DNA of 64,000 nt from a candidate division FCPU426 bacterium (GCA_963719085.1 CAVRAL010000004.1:896001-960000), one strand, 5' to 3'; numbered from the stretch's first letter, positions 20,154-30,121 are shown. A program made the numbers and translations. The notes: generated by a model not told the origin, from the sequence alone.

Positions 20154-21068
20154 TTAAACAGCTGCGTTCCGTTTCCACATGGGATATTTCACCCGCTCCA
20201 GGGCGCTGTGGCGGGTGAAGTCTTTAAACTCCGCTTCTGAAAAGGCTTCCGCTTGTTCCCGAGTTAAACTCAAAATCTCAGGCCGGGGCTGGAAGGCTTG
20301 TTCTTTTCCCGCGGGAGCCTGCTGGTTGTAGGGGCAGGCGGTTTGGCAAAGGTCGCATCCGGCCAGATAGCCCTTCAACTCCGGCGCGCCCACCGGGAAG
20401 GGCGAGCGGTGCTCCAGGGTCAGGTAGCTGATGCATTTGTTGGCGTTCAACACCCCGGCTTCTTCCAGCGCGCCCGTGGGACAGGCGTCCAGGCAGGCGG
20501 TGCAGGTTCGGCAAAAATTATCCGAAGGTGCGTCGGGGACAAGCTCGGCGTCGGTGAATAGCTCGCCTAAAAAAAGAAAAGAGCCGTGCTTTTTATTGAG
20601 CAGTAAGGTGTTTTTGCCGATCCAGCCCAACCCGGCCGCGGCGGCGTAGCTTTTTTCCAAAACCGGCCCCGTGTCCACGTAGGACTTCACCTTCGCGCCC
20701 GGAACCAATTCCCCCAGATAAGCCGAGAGTTTTTCCAGTTTTTCGCCCAAGACCTCATGGTAATCCCGGCCCCAGGCGTAACAAGAAACCGGGTTTTTCT
20801 CCAGCAGGGGATAATGAACCGCCTCGGGGTTGTAACTCAAGGCCACGCAAAAGATAAACCGCGCGCCCGGCAAAACCTGATCGGGCCGGCCCCGCTCTTG
20901 CTTGCGCCGTTCCAAGTAACCCATTTCCCCCGCGTAACCCTTTTCAAGCCATTCCAAAAAATAAGGATAGTCTTTCGAGGGGACGGCCTCCGTGGCGCCG
21001 CACAGCTCGAACCCCAGTTCCAAAGCCTTGGCCTTTAGTTTCGAGGTCCGTTCAAAAGCGGGAGTCAT
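20154..21068 (-). CDS. queG: Epoxyqueuosine reductase
   Basis: YAWGRDYH, VDTGPVLEK, GLGWIGKN, CRTCTACLDACPTGA and GCDLCQTACPYN. Confidence 0.95.
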   Translation of the reverse strand: MTPAFERTSKLKAKALELGFELCGATEAVPSKDYPYFLEWLEKGYAGEMGYLERRKQERGRPDQVLPGARFIFCVALSYNPEAVHYPLLEKNPVSCYAWGRDYHEVLGEKLEKLSAYLGELVPGAKVKSYVDTGPVLEKSYAAAAGLGWIGKNTLLLNKKHGSFLFLGELFTDAELVPDAPSDNFCRTCTACLDACPTGALEEAGVLNANKCISYLTLEHRSPFPVGAPELKGYLAGCDLCQTACPYNQQAPAGKEQAFQPRPEILSLTREQAEAFSEAEFKDFTRHSALERVKYPMWKRNAAV

Positions 21069-21613
21069 TCGGAAGAGCTGAGGGTGAGCCCCAGGGCGCT
21101 CACGAAGGTCAGGGCCATCACGGACAGGGTCAAGACATGGAGGTTGGCGGGCAGGTTGAAATAAGCCGCCAGGGACGCCGCCGCCAGGCCCCAGGCGAAG
21201 AGCGGCCAGCCCCAGGAAGTTTTAGGACCGGCCCCGTTCCGGGGGTTTAACGGGGGATGGGCTTTTTTAAATTCAGAGGCAGTCCAAGTTTTTTGAGTCT
21301 CAGCGTCCTCGGCCTCGCCTTGGGTTTCTTTCAGCAATAGTTCGGTTAGGTGAAGTAAAAGCTCCCGCGAACGCGCGGGAGCGCCTTCGGGAATGGAAAC
21401 GCTGAGCCGGCCTGTGTCCTCGTCGCGGATCAAGTAACATTCCACCTCCGCGGGTCCCTCCTGATAAAAACGCAGGGTGCTCCAAAGGCCGGCGCCCCCG
21501 TTGGGGCCGCTTAAGGCGATTTCCACCGTGAAGCCCCGCTCATGCAGGCCCCTTAAAAGAGCCTCGGGGGTGGGAAGTTCTTTTTCATGGGGGATGATTT
21601 TGAATTCGGACAT
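21065..21613 (-). CDS. Hypothetical protein with two C-terminal TM helices
   Basis: Coupled to queG by an ATGA overlap; hydrophobic C-terminus. Confidence 0.65.
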   Translation of the reverse strand: MSEFKIIPHEKELPTPEALLRGLHERGFTVEIALSGPNGGAGLWSTLRFYQEGPAEVECYLIRDEDTGRLSVSIPEGAPARSRELLLHLTELLLKETQGEAEDAETQKTWTASEFKKAHPPLNPRNGAGPKTSWGWPLFAWGLAAASLAAYFNLPANLHVLTLSVMALTFVSALGLTLSSSE

Positions 21614-21670
21614 GGGAACTCCCGGGGATTAAAAAGAAACAGAAACATTCACTTCGTAAAGCAAGACCTG

Positions 21671-21751
21671 TTGAAACATTGATAGAGGCTGATAAGGCCA
21701 GATTTTTGTGTTTCAAACATCAGTCTTCATCGGCCTTTATCATTGTTTCAA
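21671..21751. repeat. Intergenic long hairpin, family B-like
   Basis: TTGAAACATTGATAGAGGCTGATAAGGC...GTCTTCATCGGCCTTTATCATTGTTTCAA. Confidence 0.65.
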
Positions 21752-21790
21752 AAGACGGGCCTTGTCTGCTTTGTCAAAGGCATAGTTCCG

Positions 21791-21825
21791 AAAAGAAAAA
21801 GGGCGGGCCGCACGGCCCGCCCTTT
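21791..21825 (-). terminator. Intrinsic terminator after mtnD
   Basis: AAAGGGCGGGCCG/CGGCCCGCCCTTT inverted repeat with an A-rich flank. Confidence 0.8.
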
Positions 21826-21845
21826 CAAATATGAAAGATAAAAAA

Positions 21846-22310
21846 TTAATTCTTTCCGGCGGTTTCCAAATCCTTGCGGTACAAGGGGGTCCAACCGGAC
21901 TGGTCTTTGAAGAGGCGCACGCAGTGGATGTTTTTTTCCTCAGTCAGATAAAAGCGGTGGAAGCGGTTGGCGGGAACCAAAATGAAATCGCTGGGCTCCA
22001 CCGTCACCTTCATCCAACGGTCCTTGTCGCCGCGGATCTCAAACACGCCCGAGCCGGCCAAGACGAAACGCACCTCATCGTCGGTGTGCAGGTGCTCTCC
22101 CACGAATTTTTGGCACAAGGCGTCGAAGTTGGGCATGTCGGGCCACATCTTCACCTGGTCCATGGTGACATAGCCGCGTTCTTTCATCAGTTTTTCCAGC
22201 GGGCCTTTGTAGGCGGTCTCGTTGGTCTCAAATTGCTCGTAGGTCACGCCCTGGGCGTTGAGCTCGGCGGGGGTAATGGATTGGTTGGTGTCTAACCAGA
22301 TGGCTTTCAT
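21846..22310 (-). CDS. mtnD: Acireductone dioxygenase
   Basis: EHLHTDDEVRFVLAGSGVF and VPANRFHRF cupin motifs. Start adjusted to MKAIW (AAGGAG RBS). Confidence 0.9.
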   Translation of the reverse strand: MKAIWLDTNQSITPAELNAQGVTYEQFETNETAYKGPLEKLMKERGYVTMDQVKMWPDMPNFDALCQKFVGEHLHTDDEVRFVLAGSGVFEIRGDKDRWMKVTVEPSDFILVPANRFHRFYLTEEKNIHCVRLFKDQSGWTPLYRKDLETAGKN

Positions 22311-22389
22311 CGGCTGCTCCTTAAAAGTTCGTTTGTGCTTTAAGCCGGGGTCCTTCAGGGAAGGGCTCAAAGCGGGTGTGACTACTTTT

Positions 22390-23061
22390 TCACCGGCTGG
22401 GATCGATTCCCAGCTGTTTCATGCGGCAAGCCGCCTCAAACAGATAGTCGTAGGATTCGGCGTGGGTCTTGGCTTGTTTCCAATCCTTGCCCCAGACATA
22501 CACCCCATGGCGGCGCACCAACACCGCGAAAGATTTGGGGTTGTCGCGGATGGCGTCGCCCAAGGAATCGGCCAGATCGCATTCATAGGCCGTGTTCTCG
22601 ATGATGGGCACTTCCAGCGTGTCAAAAGCGCCGAAACCTTCCACGCCCTTTTCCATTTCCATGTTTTTGATGGAGAACTTTTTATCGAACAACAGGGTGG
22701 CGGCCATGGCGTTCAAGGAATGGCTGTGAAGCACGGCCCCGGCGTTCCTGATCTTATAAGCGTGCATAAAAAGCGGGGAACATTGGGAAAGTTTTAAGCC
22801 CCGTCCCGGTTCTTTGGCGATCTCGCCGTCCGCGTTAAGAATGAAGATATCCTCGGGTTTGAGGCGCTCTTTTTGGACGCCGCTGGGCGCCATGTAAATG
22901 TGGTTGTCTTCTTTAATGGAGATGCCGCCGCCGGTGCCCGAGGCCCAGCCTAATTGGTAAAAATTGCGGCAAAGTTCGCAAACCAGCTCGCGCGTGGCTT
23001 GAGAATCAGGGACGGTGGAAGGGCTCTTTTTTTGTTCCGCTTCAGAAAGAATGGATTTCAT
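22390..23061 (-). CDS. mtnB: Methylthioribulose-1-phosphate dehydratase
   Basis: GWASGTGGGIS, APSGVQKE, SQCSPLF, HSHS and VLVRRHGVYVWG. Start adjusted. Confidence 0.92.
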   Translation of the reverse strand: MKSILSEAEQKKSPSTVPDSQATRELVCELCRNFYQLGWASGTGGGISIKEDNHIYMAPSGVQKERLKPEDIFILNADGEIAKEPGRGLKLSQCSPLFMHAYKIRNAGAVLHSHSLNAMAATLLFDKKFSIKNMEMEKGVEGFGAFDTLEVPIIENTAYECDLADSLGDAIRDNPKSFAVLVRRHGVYVWGKDWKQAKTHAESYDYLFEAACRMKQLGIDPSR

Positions 23062-23145
23062 TTCGAAATAAAGTAGCAGTATTCTGTCCCCCTCGTCAAG
23101 GCCGGGCCAATGGCCCAAAAGCGCCGGTTGAAAGGAAGAAACCGC

Positions 23146-24330
23146 ATGTCGAAAGACCCCATCTCCAAGAAAGCCCAAAGCTTTTCCGAATCCGTTATCC
23201 GGGGGATGTCCCGCGTGGCCGCCGCCCACCAGGCCGTCAATTTGGCCCAGGGTTTTCCCGATTTCGCCGCCGACCCCCGCATCAAACAGGCCGCCCAGGA
23301 CGCCATCCAAAAAGATATCAACCAATACGCCATCACCTGGGGGGCTAAACACCTTCGGGACGCCATCGTGGCCAAGGAAAAACGCTTCCGGGGCCGAACC
23401 CTAAACCCGGAGACCCATCTCACCGTTTGCTGCGGCGCCACCGAGGGCATGATGGCGGCCTTAATGGCGGTCATCGATCCGGGCGATGAGGCGATTATCT
23501 TCCAGCCTTTTTACGAGAATTACGGGCCGGACACGGTTTTGTCCGGCGCCACGCCGCGCTATGTGACGCTTTACCCGCCGAACTCGGATCAGGAAGACTG
23601 GGCCTTTCAAGAAGAGGAACTGGCCGCGGCTTTTAACCACAAGACGAAGGTCATCATCATCAACACGCCGCATAACCCCACCGGTAAAATTTTCCGCAAG
23701 AAAGAGTTGGAGTTCATCGCGGCGCTTTGCCAAAAGTGGGATGTATTGGCCGTGACCGACGAGATTTACGAGCACATCCTTTATGACGGCGAGAAGCACG
23801 TCACCTTGGCCAATCTGCCCGGCATGGAAGAGCGCACCATCACCATCAACGGCGCGTCGAAAACTTTTTCCGTGACCGGTTGGCGGGTGGGCTACATCAT
23901 CGCCCCCGAAAAGCTCACCCAAGCGATCCGCAAGGTGCATGACTTCCTCACGGTCGGTGCCGCCGCGCCTTTGCAAGAAGCCATCGCCGTCGCCATGGCC
24001 CTGCCGGATGATTTTTATCATCACCTGGCCGAGGGCTACCAAGCCAAACGGGATTTTCTTTTGAAGGGCCTTCGGGAATCGGGTTTTGAGGCCTTCAAAA
24101 CCTGGGGTGCCTATTATTTGATCGCCAAGATCCCCGAAAAGGGTTTCGCCACGGACTACGATTATTCGGTGCACCTGGTCAAGGAAGCCGGCGTGGCCAC
24201 CGTTCCCATCTCCTCCTTTTATCTCAATAACCCTTCCACGGGCATGATCCGGTTTTGTTACGCCAAAAAAGAGGAAACCCTGGTCAAGGCCATTGAGAAA
24301 CTGAAGGCCTACCGGGGAGTGAAAGTCTAA
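23146..24330 (+). CDS. Class I/II PLP aminotransferase (MtnE/YbdL-like)
   Basis: NLAQGFPDF, NTPHNPTG, DEIYE and SKTFSVTGWRVG; divergent from mtnBD. Confidence 0.9.
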   Translation: MSKDPISKKAQSFSESVIRGMSRVAAAHQAVNLAQGFPDFAADPRIKQAAQDAIQKDINQYAITWGAKHLRDAIVAKEKRFRGRTLNPETHLTVCCGATEGMMAALMAVIDPGDEAIIFQPFYENYGPDTVLSGATPRYVTLYPPNSDQEDWAFQEEELAAAFNHKTKVIIINTPHNPTGKIFRKKELEFIAALCQKWDVLAVTDEIYEHILYDGEKHVTLANLPGMEERTITINGASKTFSVTGWRVGYIIAPEKLTQAIRKVHDFLTVGAAAPLQEAIAVAMALPDDFYHHLAEGYQAKRDFLLKGLRESGFEAFKTWGAYYLIAKIPEKGFATDYDYSVHLVKEAGVATVPISSFYLNNPSTGMIRFCYAKKEETLVKAIEKLKAYRGVKV

Positions 24331-24336
24331 AACCAG

Positions 24337-24441
24337 TTCACCACCAAGGCGCCAGGACACCAAGCTAAGCCAAGGGCGGCCATAAGATTGATCAGGATTT
24401 CGTCTTCGCTTTTCTTGGCGCCTTGGCGTCTTGGTGGTAAA
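24337..24441. repeat. Intergenic long hairpin, family A
   Basis: TTCACCACCAAGGCGCCAGGACACCAAG...CTTGGCGCCTTGGCGTCTTGGTGGTAAA. Confidence 0.8.
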
Positions 24442-24469
24442 TTCGGCCTTACTGGGGAAACTTAAATCG

Positions 24470-24928
24470 ATGACCTTTTACCAATCCGAAGAATCCATCG
24501 TCATCCAGTCCACCCCTGAAAAAATCTATCAAGCCCTCACCGATTGGACTTTAAGGCGTCAATGGCGTCCCGGCCTTTCGTTGTCCTGGGACGGCCCCGG
24601 GCGGGCCCAAGTGGGGCAAATCGTGTGTTTTCAAGTGGCGGGATTTCCTCCGACTCGTTTTGAATATCGAATCAGCGGCTTGGAGCCTTTTCACCGTATC
24701 TATATGGAATACACGGGCAAGCCTTTAAAGGGCCGCGCGGCGATTGAAATCGCGTCGGCCGGCGCAGGACAAAACGGATGCCGGGTCAGCTTTTATTGGA
24801 TGAAGGTGGAAGCTTCCAGCTTGGCGGCAAAACTTTATTTTGCCTTGGGATTCGGCTTAAGAACCCATCAGGCCAGGACCCGGGAAACCCTGCGGCTATT
24901 GAAGGAATATCTGGAAAAAGCCGCCTGA
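24470..24928 (+). CDS. SRPBCC/START family protein
   Basis: SIVIQSTPEKIYQALTD..QWRP pattern. Start adjusted to ATG 24470. Confidence 0.7.
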   Translation: MTFYQSEESIVIQSTPEKIYQALTDWTLRRQWRPGLSLSWDGPGRAQVGQIVCFQVAGFPPTRFEYRISGLEPFHRIYMEYTGKPLKGRAAIEIASAGAGQNGCRVSFYWMKVEASSLAAKLYFALGFGLRTHQARTRETLRLLKEYLEKAA

Positions 24929-25016
24929 AAGTCTTGAGTTAGCCCTTCTTGCCCCTTTATCATGCCCTTCCTATTGTAAGTACTCAAACGCCGGTTATTT
25001 CGCGGGGAGAGACGCC

Positions 25017-26174
25017 ATGAATTTGAACCACGACCAGATCAAACGCTACAGCCGCCACATCCTTTTGCCCGAAGTGGGCGTGGAAGGCCAAAAGAAACTG
25101 CTGGCCGCCAAGGTCTTGGTGGTCGGGGCGGGCGGCCTGGGCTGCCCCATCTCCCTTTATTTGGCCGCGGCGGGCGTGGGAACCATCGGCTTGGTTGATT
25201 TTGACACGGTGGACGCCAGTAATTTGCAGCGCCAAATCCTTTTCACCACCGAGGACGTGGGTAAGCCCAAAGTGGAAGTGGCGGCGAAACGTTTAAAAGC
25301 CCTCAACCCCGACGTGACGGTCAACACCTACGCGGTGGCCCTGAAGAGCGACAACATCATGGACATCTTGAAAGATTACGACATGATCATCGACGGGACG
25401 GATAATTTCCCGACCCGCTACCTGACCAACGACGCCGCGGTCCTTTCAGGCAAGCCCAATGTGTACGGTTCCATCTTTCGGTTCGAGGGACAGGTCACGG
25501 TGTTTAAAACCCCCGAGGGTCCCTGCTACCGCTGCTTGTACCCGGAGCCGCCGCCCCCGGGCGAGGTTCCTTCCTGCGCGGAGGGCGGCGTGATGGGCGC
25601 CATGGTGGGGACGATCGGCGCCATCCAAGCCACCGAAGCCATTAAGCTCATCACGGGCGCGGGCAAACCCGCCATCGGAAAATTCGTGATCTACAACTCG
25701 CTGGACGTGAACTTCCGGGTCCTGAAACTGCACAAAGACCCCGAATGCCCGGTCTGCGGCAAAAACCCCACGGTGAAGGCCTTGATCGACTACGAGCAAT
25801 TCTGCGGCATGAAGGTGGAGGATTTCCAAACCAAGGAAGTCGCGGTGAAAAAGGACGAGATCACGCCGCTGGAACTGAAGGTCATGCTGGACGAGAAGCA
25901 GGACTTTTTGCTTCTGGACGTGCGCGAGCCCAACGAGTGGGACATCGCCAACATCAAGGGCTCCCTGCTTTTGCCCCTGTCCCAATTGCCCCAGCGCTTC
26001 CATGAACTGGACAAGTTCAAGGGCAAGACCATCGCGGTGCATTGCAAGAGCGGCGTGCGGAGCGCCAAGGCCATCGCCTTTTTAAAACAACAGGGCTTTG
26101 ACCATCTCACCAACGTGGCCGGCGGCATCCTGGGTTGGAGCGACCAGGTGGATTCCGCGGTCGCCAAGTACTGA
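25017..26174 (+). CDS. moeB: MoeB/MoeZ adenylyltransferase with rhodanese domain
   Basis: RYSRHILL, GAGGLG, SNLQRQ, CYRC/CPVC zinc sites; rhodanese HCKSGVRS. Confidence 0.93.
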   Translation: MNLNHDQIKRYSRHILLPEVGVEGQKKLLAAKVLVVGAGGLGCPISLYLAAAGVGTIGLVDFDTVDASNLQRQILFTTEDVGKPKVEVAAKRLKALNPDVTVNTYAVALKSDNIMDILKDYDMIIDGTDNFPTRYLTNDAAVLSGKPNVYGSIFRFEGQVTVFKTPEGPCYRCLYPEPPPPGEVPSCAEGGVMGAMVGTIGAIQATEAIKLITGAGKPAIGKFVIYNSLDVNFRVLKLHKDPECPVCGKNPTVKALIDYEQFCGMKVEDFQTKEVAVKKDEITPLELKVMLDEKQDFLLLDVREPNEWDIANIKGSLLLPLSQLPQRFHELDKFKGKTIAVHCKSGVRSAKAIAFLKQQGFDHLTNVAGGILGWSDQVDSAVAKY

Positions 26175-26187
26175 GTTTTTAAAACGC

Positions 26188-26826
26188 TTGGATCCCCAAC
26201 CTGAAACGGACGCCGGCCGGGTTGTCGGGGCGGCCCAGGTCGTTTTCGCCGAGCGGTTCTCCGCTTATGTGGATTACCGCTCCGAAGAGCCCGACGCCTT
26301 GTCGCGGGAAAGGGACGCCATCCAGCTTTTTTCGCTGAGCCTGGTGAAGATCCTTCTGCTTCTGGGTGAGAACAAGCAGGCCCCCCTCTTAATCGACTAT
26401 CTGCAAAAAGTCATGGGCGACACGGTGACTCCAAAGGGCCTTCAGCGTCCGGCCATCCTGGGCCCGGGCAAAGAAATGCTGGCGGAAATCCCGGATCCTC
26501 CTAAGAAGACCATGCGGCTGGTTCTGCGCCAGGAAGAAGAGTCCCGGCTGGCGGTCTTGGACCTTTCAATCGGCGAGGAAGGGCTTTATTACCCCGTGAC
26601 GGTGGTTTTTTATCTCCAGTACCTGCTCAAAACCCTATCTGACCCCTCGCTTTTTTTCCTCATGTTGGTCTTGGGGGGCCTCATGGAATATTACGAGAAG
26701 ATCGGCAAGACCACGGACCTGCAGGCCCTCACCGCGGGTCCGGCCTACGCCTTTTCCACGGCCATGCGCTATATCGAACAAGAACGGCAAAGGCACCAAG
26801 CGATGAATCCCGGGGAAGCTTCCTGA
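26188..26826 (+). CDS. Hypothetical protein
   Basis: Long ORF filling the gap between moeB and the nucleotidyltransferase. Start uncertain (TTG 26188 chosen). Confidence 0.6.
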   Translation: MDPQPETDAGRVVGAAQVVFAERFSAYVDYRSEEPDALSRERDAIQLFSLSLVKILLLLGENKQAPLLIDYLQKVMGDTVTPKGLQRPAILGPGKEMLAEIPDPPKKTMRLVLRQEEESRLAVLDLSIGEEGLYYPVTVVFYLQYLLKTLSDPSLFFLMLVLGGLMEYYEKIGKTTDLQALTAGPAYAFSTAMRYIEQERQRHQAMNPGEAS

Positions 26827-26834
26827 CGCCCGCG

Positions 26835-27731
26835 TTGGTGGTCATGGCCGCCGGCATGGGGAGCCGTTTTGGGGGTTTGAAACAAATGGAACCCATGGGC
26901 CCCCAGGGCGCCACTTTGCTCGACTATTCCCTCTATGACGCCTTGAAGGCCGGTTTCGGCTCGGTTATTTTTATCATCCGCCGGGAGATCGAGGCGGACT
27001 TCAAAAAAATCATCGGCCGCAAATGGGAAACTAAAATCCCGGTGCGCTATGTGTACCAGGAACTTTCCATGGTGCCGGTAGGCGCCAAGGTGCCCGAGGG
27101 CCGGGTGAAACCCTGGGGAACCGGCCACGCGCTTTGGGTGGCCCAAGCCGCCGTCAAGGCGCCTTTCGCGGTGATCAACGCGGATGATTATTACGGTCCT
27201 TCCGGTTTTAAGGCCCTGGCGAAGTTCCTTTCCGAAATGAAAGACCTCAACGAGCCCCGCTACGCCATGGTGGGGTTCACGCTAAAAAAAACCCTTTCGG
27301 ACTTCGGCAAGGTTTCGCGCGGCGTCTGCCGGGTTTCCAAGTCCGGAACCCTGGTCTCCGTGACGGAGCATTCCCACATCGAAAAAGCCGGTTCGAGGAT
27401 TTTTTCCCAAGACCCCAAGGGCAAAAGGCGCGCGATGACCGGAAAAGAAACCGTGTCCCTCAACCAATGGGGCTTTACGCCGGGCTTCTTTAACGCTTTA
27501 GAAAAAGATTGGGCGGCCTTCTTTAAAAAAAGCGGAAAAGAACTCAAGTCCGAATTCCAACTTCCGGGTGTGGTGGACCGGCTGATCAACAAGAAAAAAG
27601 CCACCGTGAAGGTTTTGCCGTCGAAAGACGCCTGGTTTGGGGTGACCTATTTAGAGGACAAGGAATCGGTGAAAGAAAAAATAGCGAAACTGATCAATCG
27701 GGGTGTTTATTCAGACAATCTTTGGGGATGA
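26835..27731 (+). CDS. Sugar-phosphate nucleotidyltransferase family protein
   Basis: MAAGMGSRFGGLKQ, KPWGTGHA and INADDYYG. True start may be CTG at 26823. Confidence 0.9.
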   Translation: MVVMAAGMGSRFGGLKQMEPMGPQGATLLDYSLYDALKAGFGSVIFIIRREIEADFKKIIGRKWETKIPVRYVYQELSMVPVGAKVPEGRVKPWGTGHALWVAQAAVKAPFAVINADDYYGPSGFKALAKFLSEMKDLNEPRYAMVGFTLKKTLSDFGKVSRGVCRVSKSGTLVSVTEHSHIEKAGSRIFSQDPKGKRRAMTGKETVSLNQWGFTPGFFNALEKDWAAFFKKSGKELKSEFQLPGVVDRLINKKKATVKVLPSKDAWFGVTYLEDKESVKEKIAKLINRGVYSDNLWG

Positions 27732-28880
27732 GTGTTTAACCCCAAATCGCCGGCGGATCCACTGGTTGATGGGGAACTCGAAAAACCGATAGGAAAGCCG
27801 CGCCACCCCGAAGGTCACCGCTCCGAAAAACGCGAAGGCCGTGAAATCATTCAATCCTTTCAACCAAGGCCAAAGGAAGAACAACACCAGCGGATGGAGT
27901 AAATACATCCCGTAACTCATCCGGCCCGGTCCGCCCAACAGCCGCCAGGGTTTGGACTCGAAAAAGCCAAGGTTCAGCCCGCCCAGCAGGAATAAAAAAG
28001 TCCCCAAGCCGATGAAATAGTCCGCCCAAACATTGCCGAAAAAATCGGCCCGGAGCACGACATGGAGATAAGTATTGAGCGTCAATAAGAAGCCGGCCAG
28101 GCAAAGGGGGACACTCACTTGGGGGCCGCGCAAAATGGCCCGGTAAGTTTCCGAGATCCAGTAGAGCAATCCGCCCAGGGCGATCAGGCCGAAATAGCAA
28201 AAAGAATTCAGCGAAAACCAGCCATCCCGGAAAAACCAAGTCCAACCCACCCATTTCAAAACCGGTCCCAGCGCGATGAAAAAACCGAAACACGCCAGCA
28301 AGAACGCGGGACGCCCAGCGCGGGACAACAACAGGGGATAAAATAAATAAAACTGTTCCTCGATGGAAAGCGACCAAAGGATGGTCCAAGCCGCCATCAA
28401 GCTTTTAGCGTGACCCGCCAGCGGGCTCATCAGATACCAGTTCATCGAAAAGAAAGCGATCGAGGCCCATAAAACCGGGTTCAAGGAAGTGTGAGGATCG
28501 CTAAAGCAGAAAATATATTGGGGCGATAAGGGGGAGCAAACCGTGACCAAAAGCAGGGCCAGCAAAACCGTCAGCATCAGCAAGGGCAGGATGCGTCCCA
28601 CCCGGCGGGAGTAAAAGTCCCGGAAATCGGGATGAAAAAGCCCCTTCGGCTGCCCGGCCAAAACGCGGGTGATCAGATAGCCGGAGATCACGAAAAAAAT
28701 CGGCACCCCGTAATGGCCGTTGGCCCAGAGCTTGAACCAAGCTTGCGCCCAAAAAGGCGAGGCCGAGGGCCGGGTGAGGTAATTGGGCCCCAAGTGGTTG
28801 GCCAAAACGGCCAGGATCGAAAAAGAACGGGCCAAGTCAATGACATTGAGGGTGTGCGGGCGCGAAGGGGATCCGTTCAT
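27711..28880 (-). CDS. Acyltransferase family 3 (OafA-like)
   Basis: DLARSFSIL, GVPIFFVISGYLIT, WSLSIEEQFY and SYGMYLLH. Confidence 0.9.
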   Translation of the reverse strand: MNGSPSRPHTLNVIDLARSFSILAVLANHLGPNYLTRPSASPFWAQAWFKLWANGHYGVPIFFVISGYLITRVLAGQPKGLFHPDFRDFYSRRVGRILPLLMLTVLLALLLVTVCSPLSPQYIFCFSDPHTSLNPVLWASIAFFSMNWYLMSPLAGHAKSLMAAWTILWSLSIEEQFYLFYPLLLSRAGRPAFLLACFGFFIALGPVLKWVGWTWFFRDGWFSLNSFCYFGLIALGGLLYWISETYRAILRGPQVSVPLCLAGFLLTLNTYLHVVLRADFFGNVWADYFIGLGTFLFLLGGLNLGFFESKPWRLLGGPGRMSYGMYLLHPLVLFFLWPWLKGLNDFTAFAFFGAVTFGVARLSYRFFEFPINQWIRRRFGVKHSSPKIV

Positions 28881-28921
28881 GGAGGCTAGTTTACCCAAAA
28901 ACTTAGCCGCGAGCGCTTGGT

Positions 28922-30046
28922 TTAAAGCTTGGTCTTCGCCCCCAACAGGCCTCGAATCCATTGGTTGGCGGGCTTCTCATAAAGGTAAAAAGAAAGGGCC
29001 GAGACCAGCCAAACCGCCGACGCGGCGGTCAAAAAGCAGATAAAAGAATTAAGCCTGGTTAAAAAGGGGAACAAGACGCAAAAGACCGCCATTTGATAAA
29101 GGTATATCCCGTAGCTCATCCGTCCGAACCAAATGACCGGCAACCAAGCCTTGGAATTGAAAGCCTCCAGGTGCAAGGCGCCCAATAGGAAAATAAAAAG
29201 GCCCAAGCCGATGAATAAATCATCGAAGCGGTTGCCCCAATAATCGGCGAAATAAGGCTGGTGAAAGTAGATCTTAAAAACCAAAGCCGCCCCCAGAACC
29301 GCTAAAACCCAACTGACGCCGGGACGCCGCCGCAGGGCGGTTTGCCATCTTTCACAAACCAGGTGAAGCAGGGCGCCGAGGGCGATCAGGTCAAAGCCGT
29401 TGAAGGAATTGTAATGGATCAACAGATGATTCCAGTTCAGGGCGTAACCGACGCATTGACTCGCCGGACCCAACGCCACAAAAACCAATAAGAGGATGAT
29501 GAGGTTCCGTTTGGAACCCAAGAGGCGAAGGGCCAAGGGATAAAAAAAATAAAACTGCTCCTCGACGGACAAGGACCAAAGGATGGCCCAATAACAGGCG
29601 ATGGGCTCGCGGGGAAAAATCCGGAACCAATTAAACCAAAAGGTCCCCAGGGAAGCCCAAAAGAGGGGGTCCGCGATGTTTTTTCGGTCGTAAAAGAACC
29701 CCCGGATGGAATCGGCGGGAAGGGGGGCCAGCGTGGCCAGCCCCAAACCCAGGACGCAAAAAAGAAACAGGAGCGGCAGGATCCGTCCGGCCCGGCGCGC
29801 GTAAAAATCCCGGAAGTCGGGTTTCAAAAGGCCGCCGGGATTTTCGGCGATCAGACGGGTAATGAGAAATCCCGAAATCACGAAAAAAAGCGGAACCCCA
29901 TAAGCCCCATTGACCCAGGCCCGGTACCAGATCCACCGCCAAAAATCGGACAGGCCATTGGCGGGAAACAAGATGCCCAAGTGCCCGGTCAGGACCATGA
30001 GAACCGCCACGGCGCGGGCCAGATCCAAAACAAATATTTTTTTCAT
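28922..30046 (-). CDS. Acyltransferase family 3 (OafA-like), tandem paralog
   Basis: LDLARAVAV, GVPLFFVISGFLIT and WSLSVEEQFY. Confidence 0.9.
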   Translation of the reverse strand: MKKIFVLDLARAVAVLMVLTGHLGILFPANGLSDFWRWIWYRAWVNGAYGVPLFFVISGFLITRLIAENPGGLLKPDFRDFYARRAGRILPLLFLFCVLGLGLATLAPLPADSIRGFFYDRKNIADPLFWASLGTFWFNWFRIFPREPIACYWAILWSLSVEEQFYFFYPLALRLLGSKRNLIILLLVFVALGPASQCVGYALNWNHLLIHYNSFNGFDLIALGALLHLVCERWQTALRRRPGVSWVLAVLGAALVFKIYFHQPYFADYWGNRFDDLFIGLGLFIFLLGALHLEAFNSKAWLPVIWFGRMSYGIYLYQMAVFCVLFPFLTRLNSFICFLTAASAVWLVSALSFYLYEKPANQWIRGLLGAKTKL

Positions 30047-30121
30047 GGGGACAGTATAAGCCAATCGCGGGGATGGGTTAAAAGGTGATAGGGGCCTCCC
30101 CGGACAAACCAGGAGGGCGGA

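Noticed and set aside
27989..28013. Fourth GGAATAAA-N13-CGAT box
   Set aside because: Mismatch in the -10 element and antisense inside a CDS; likely chance.
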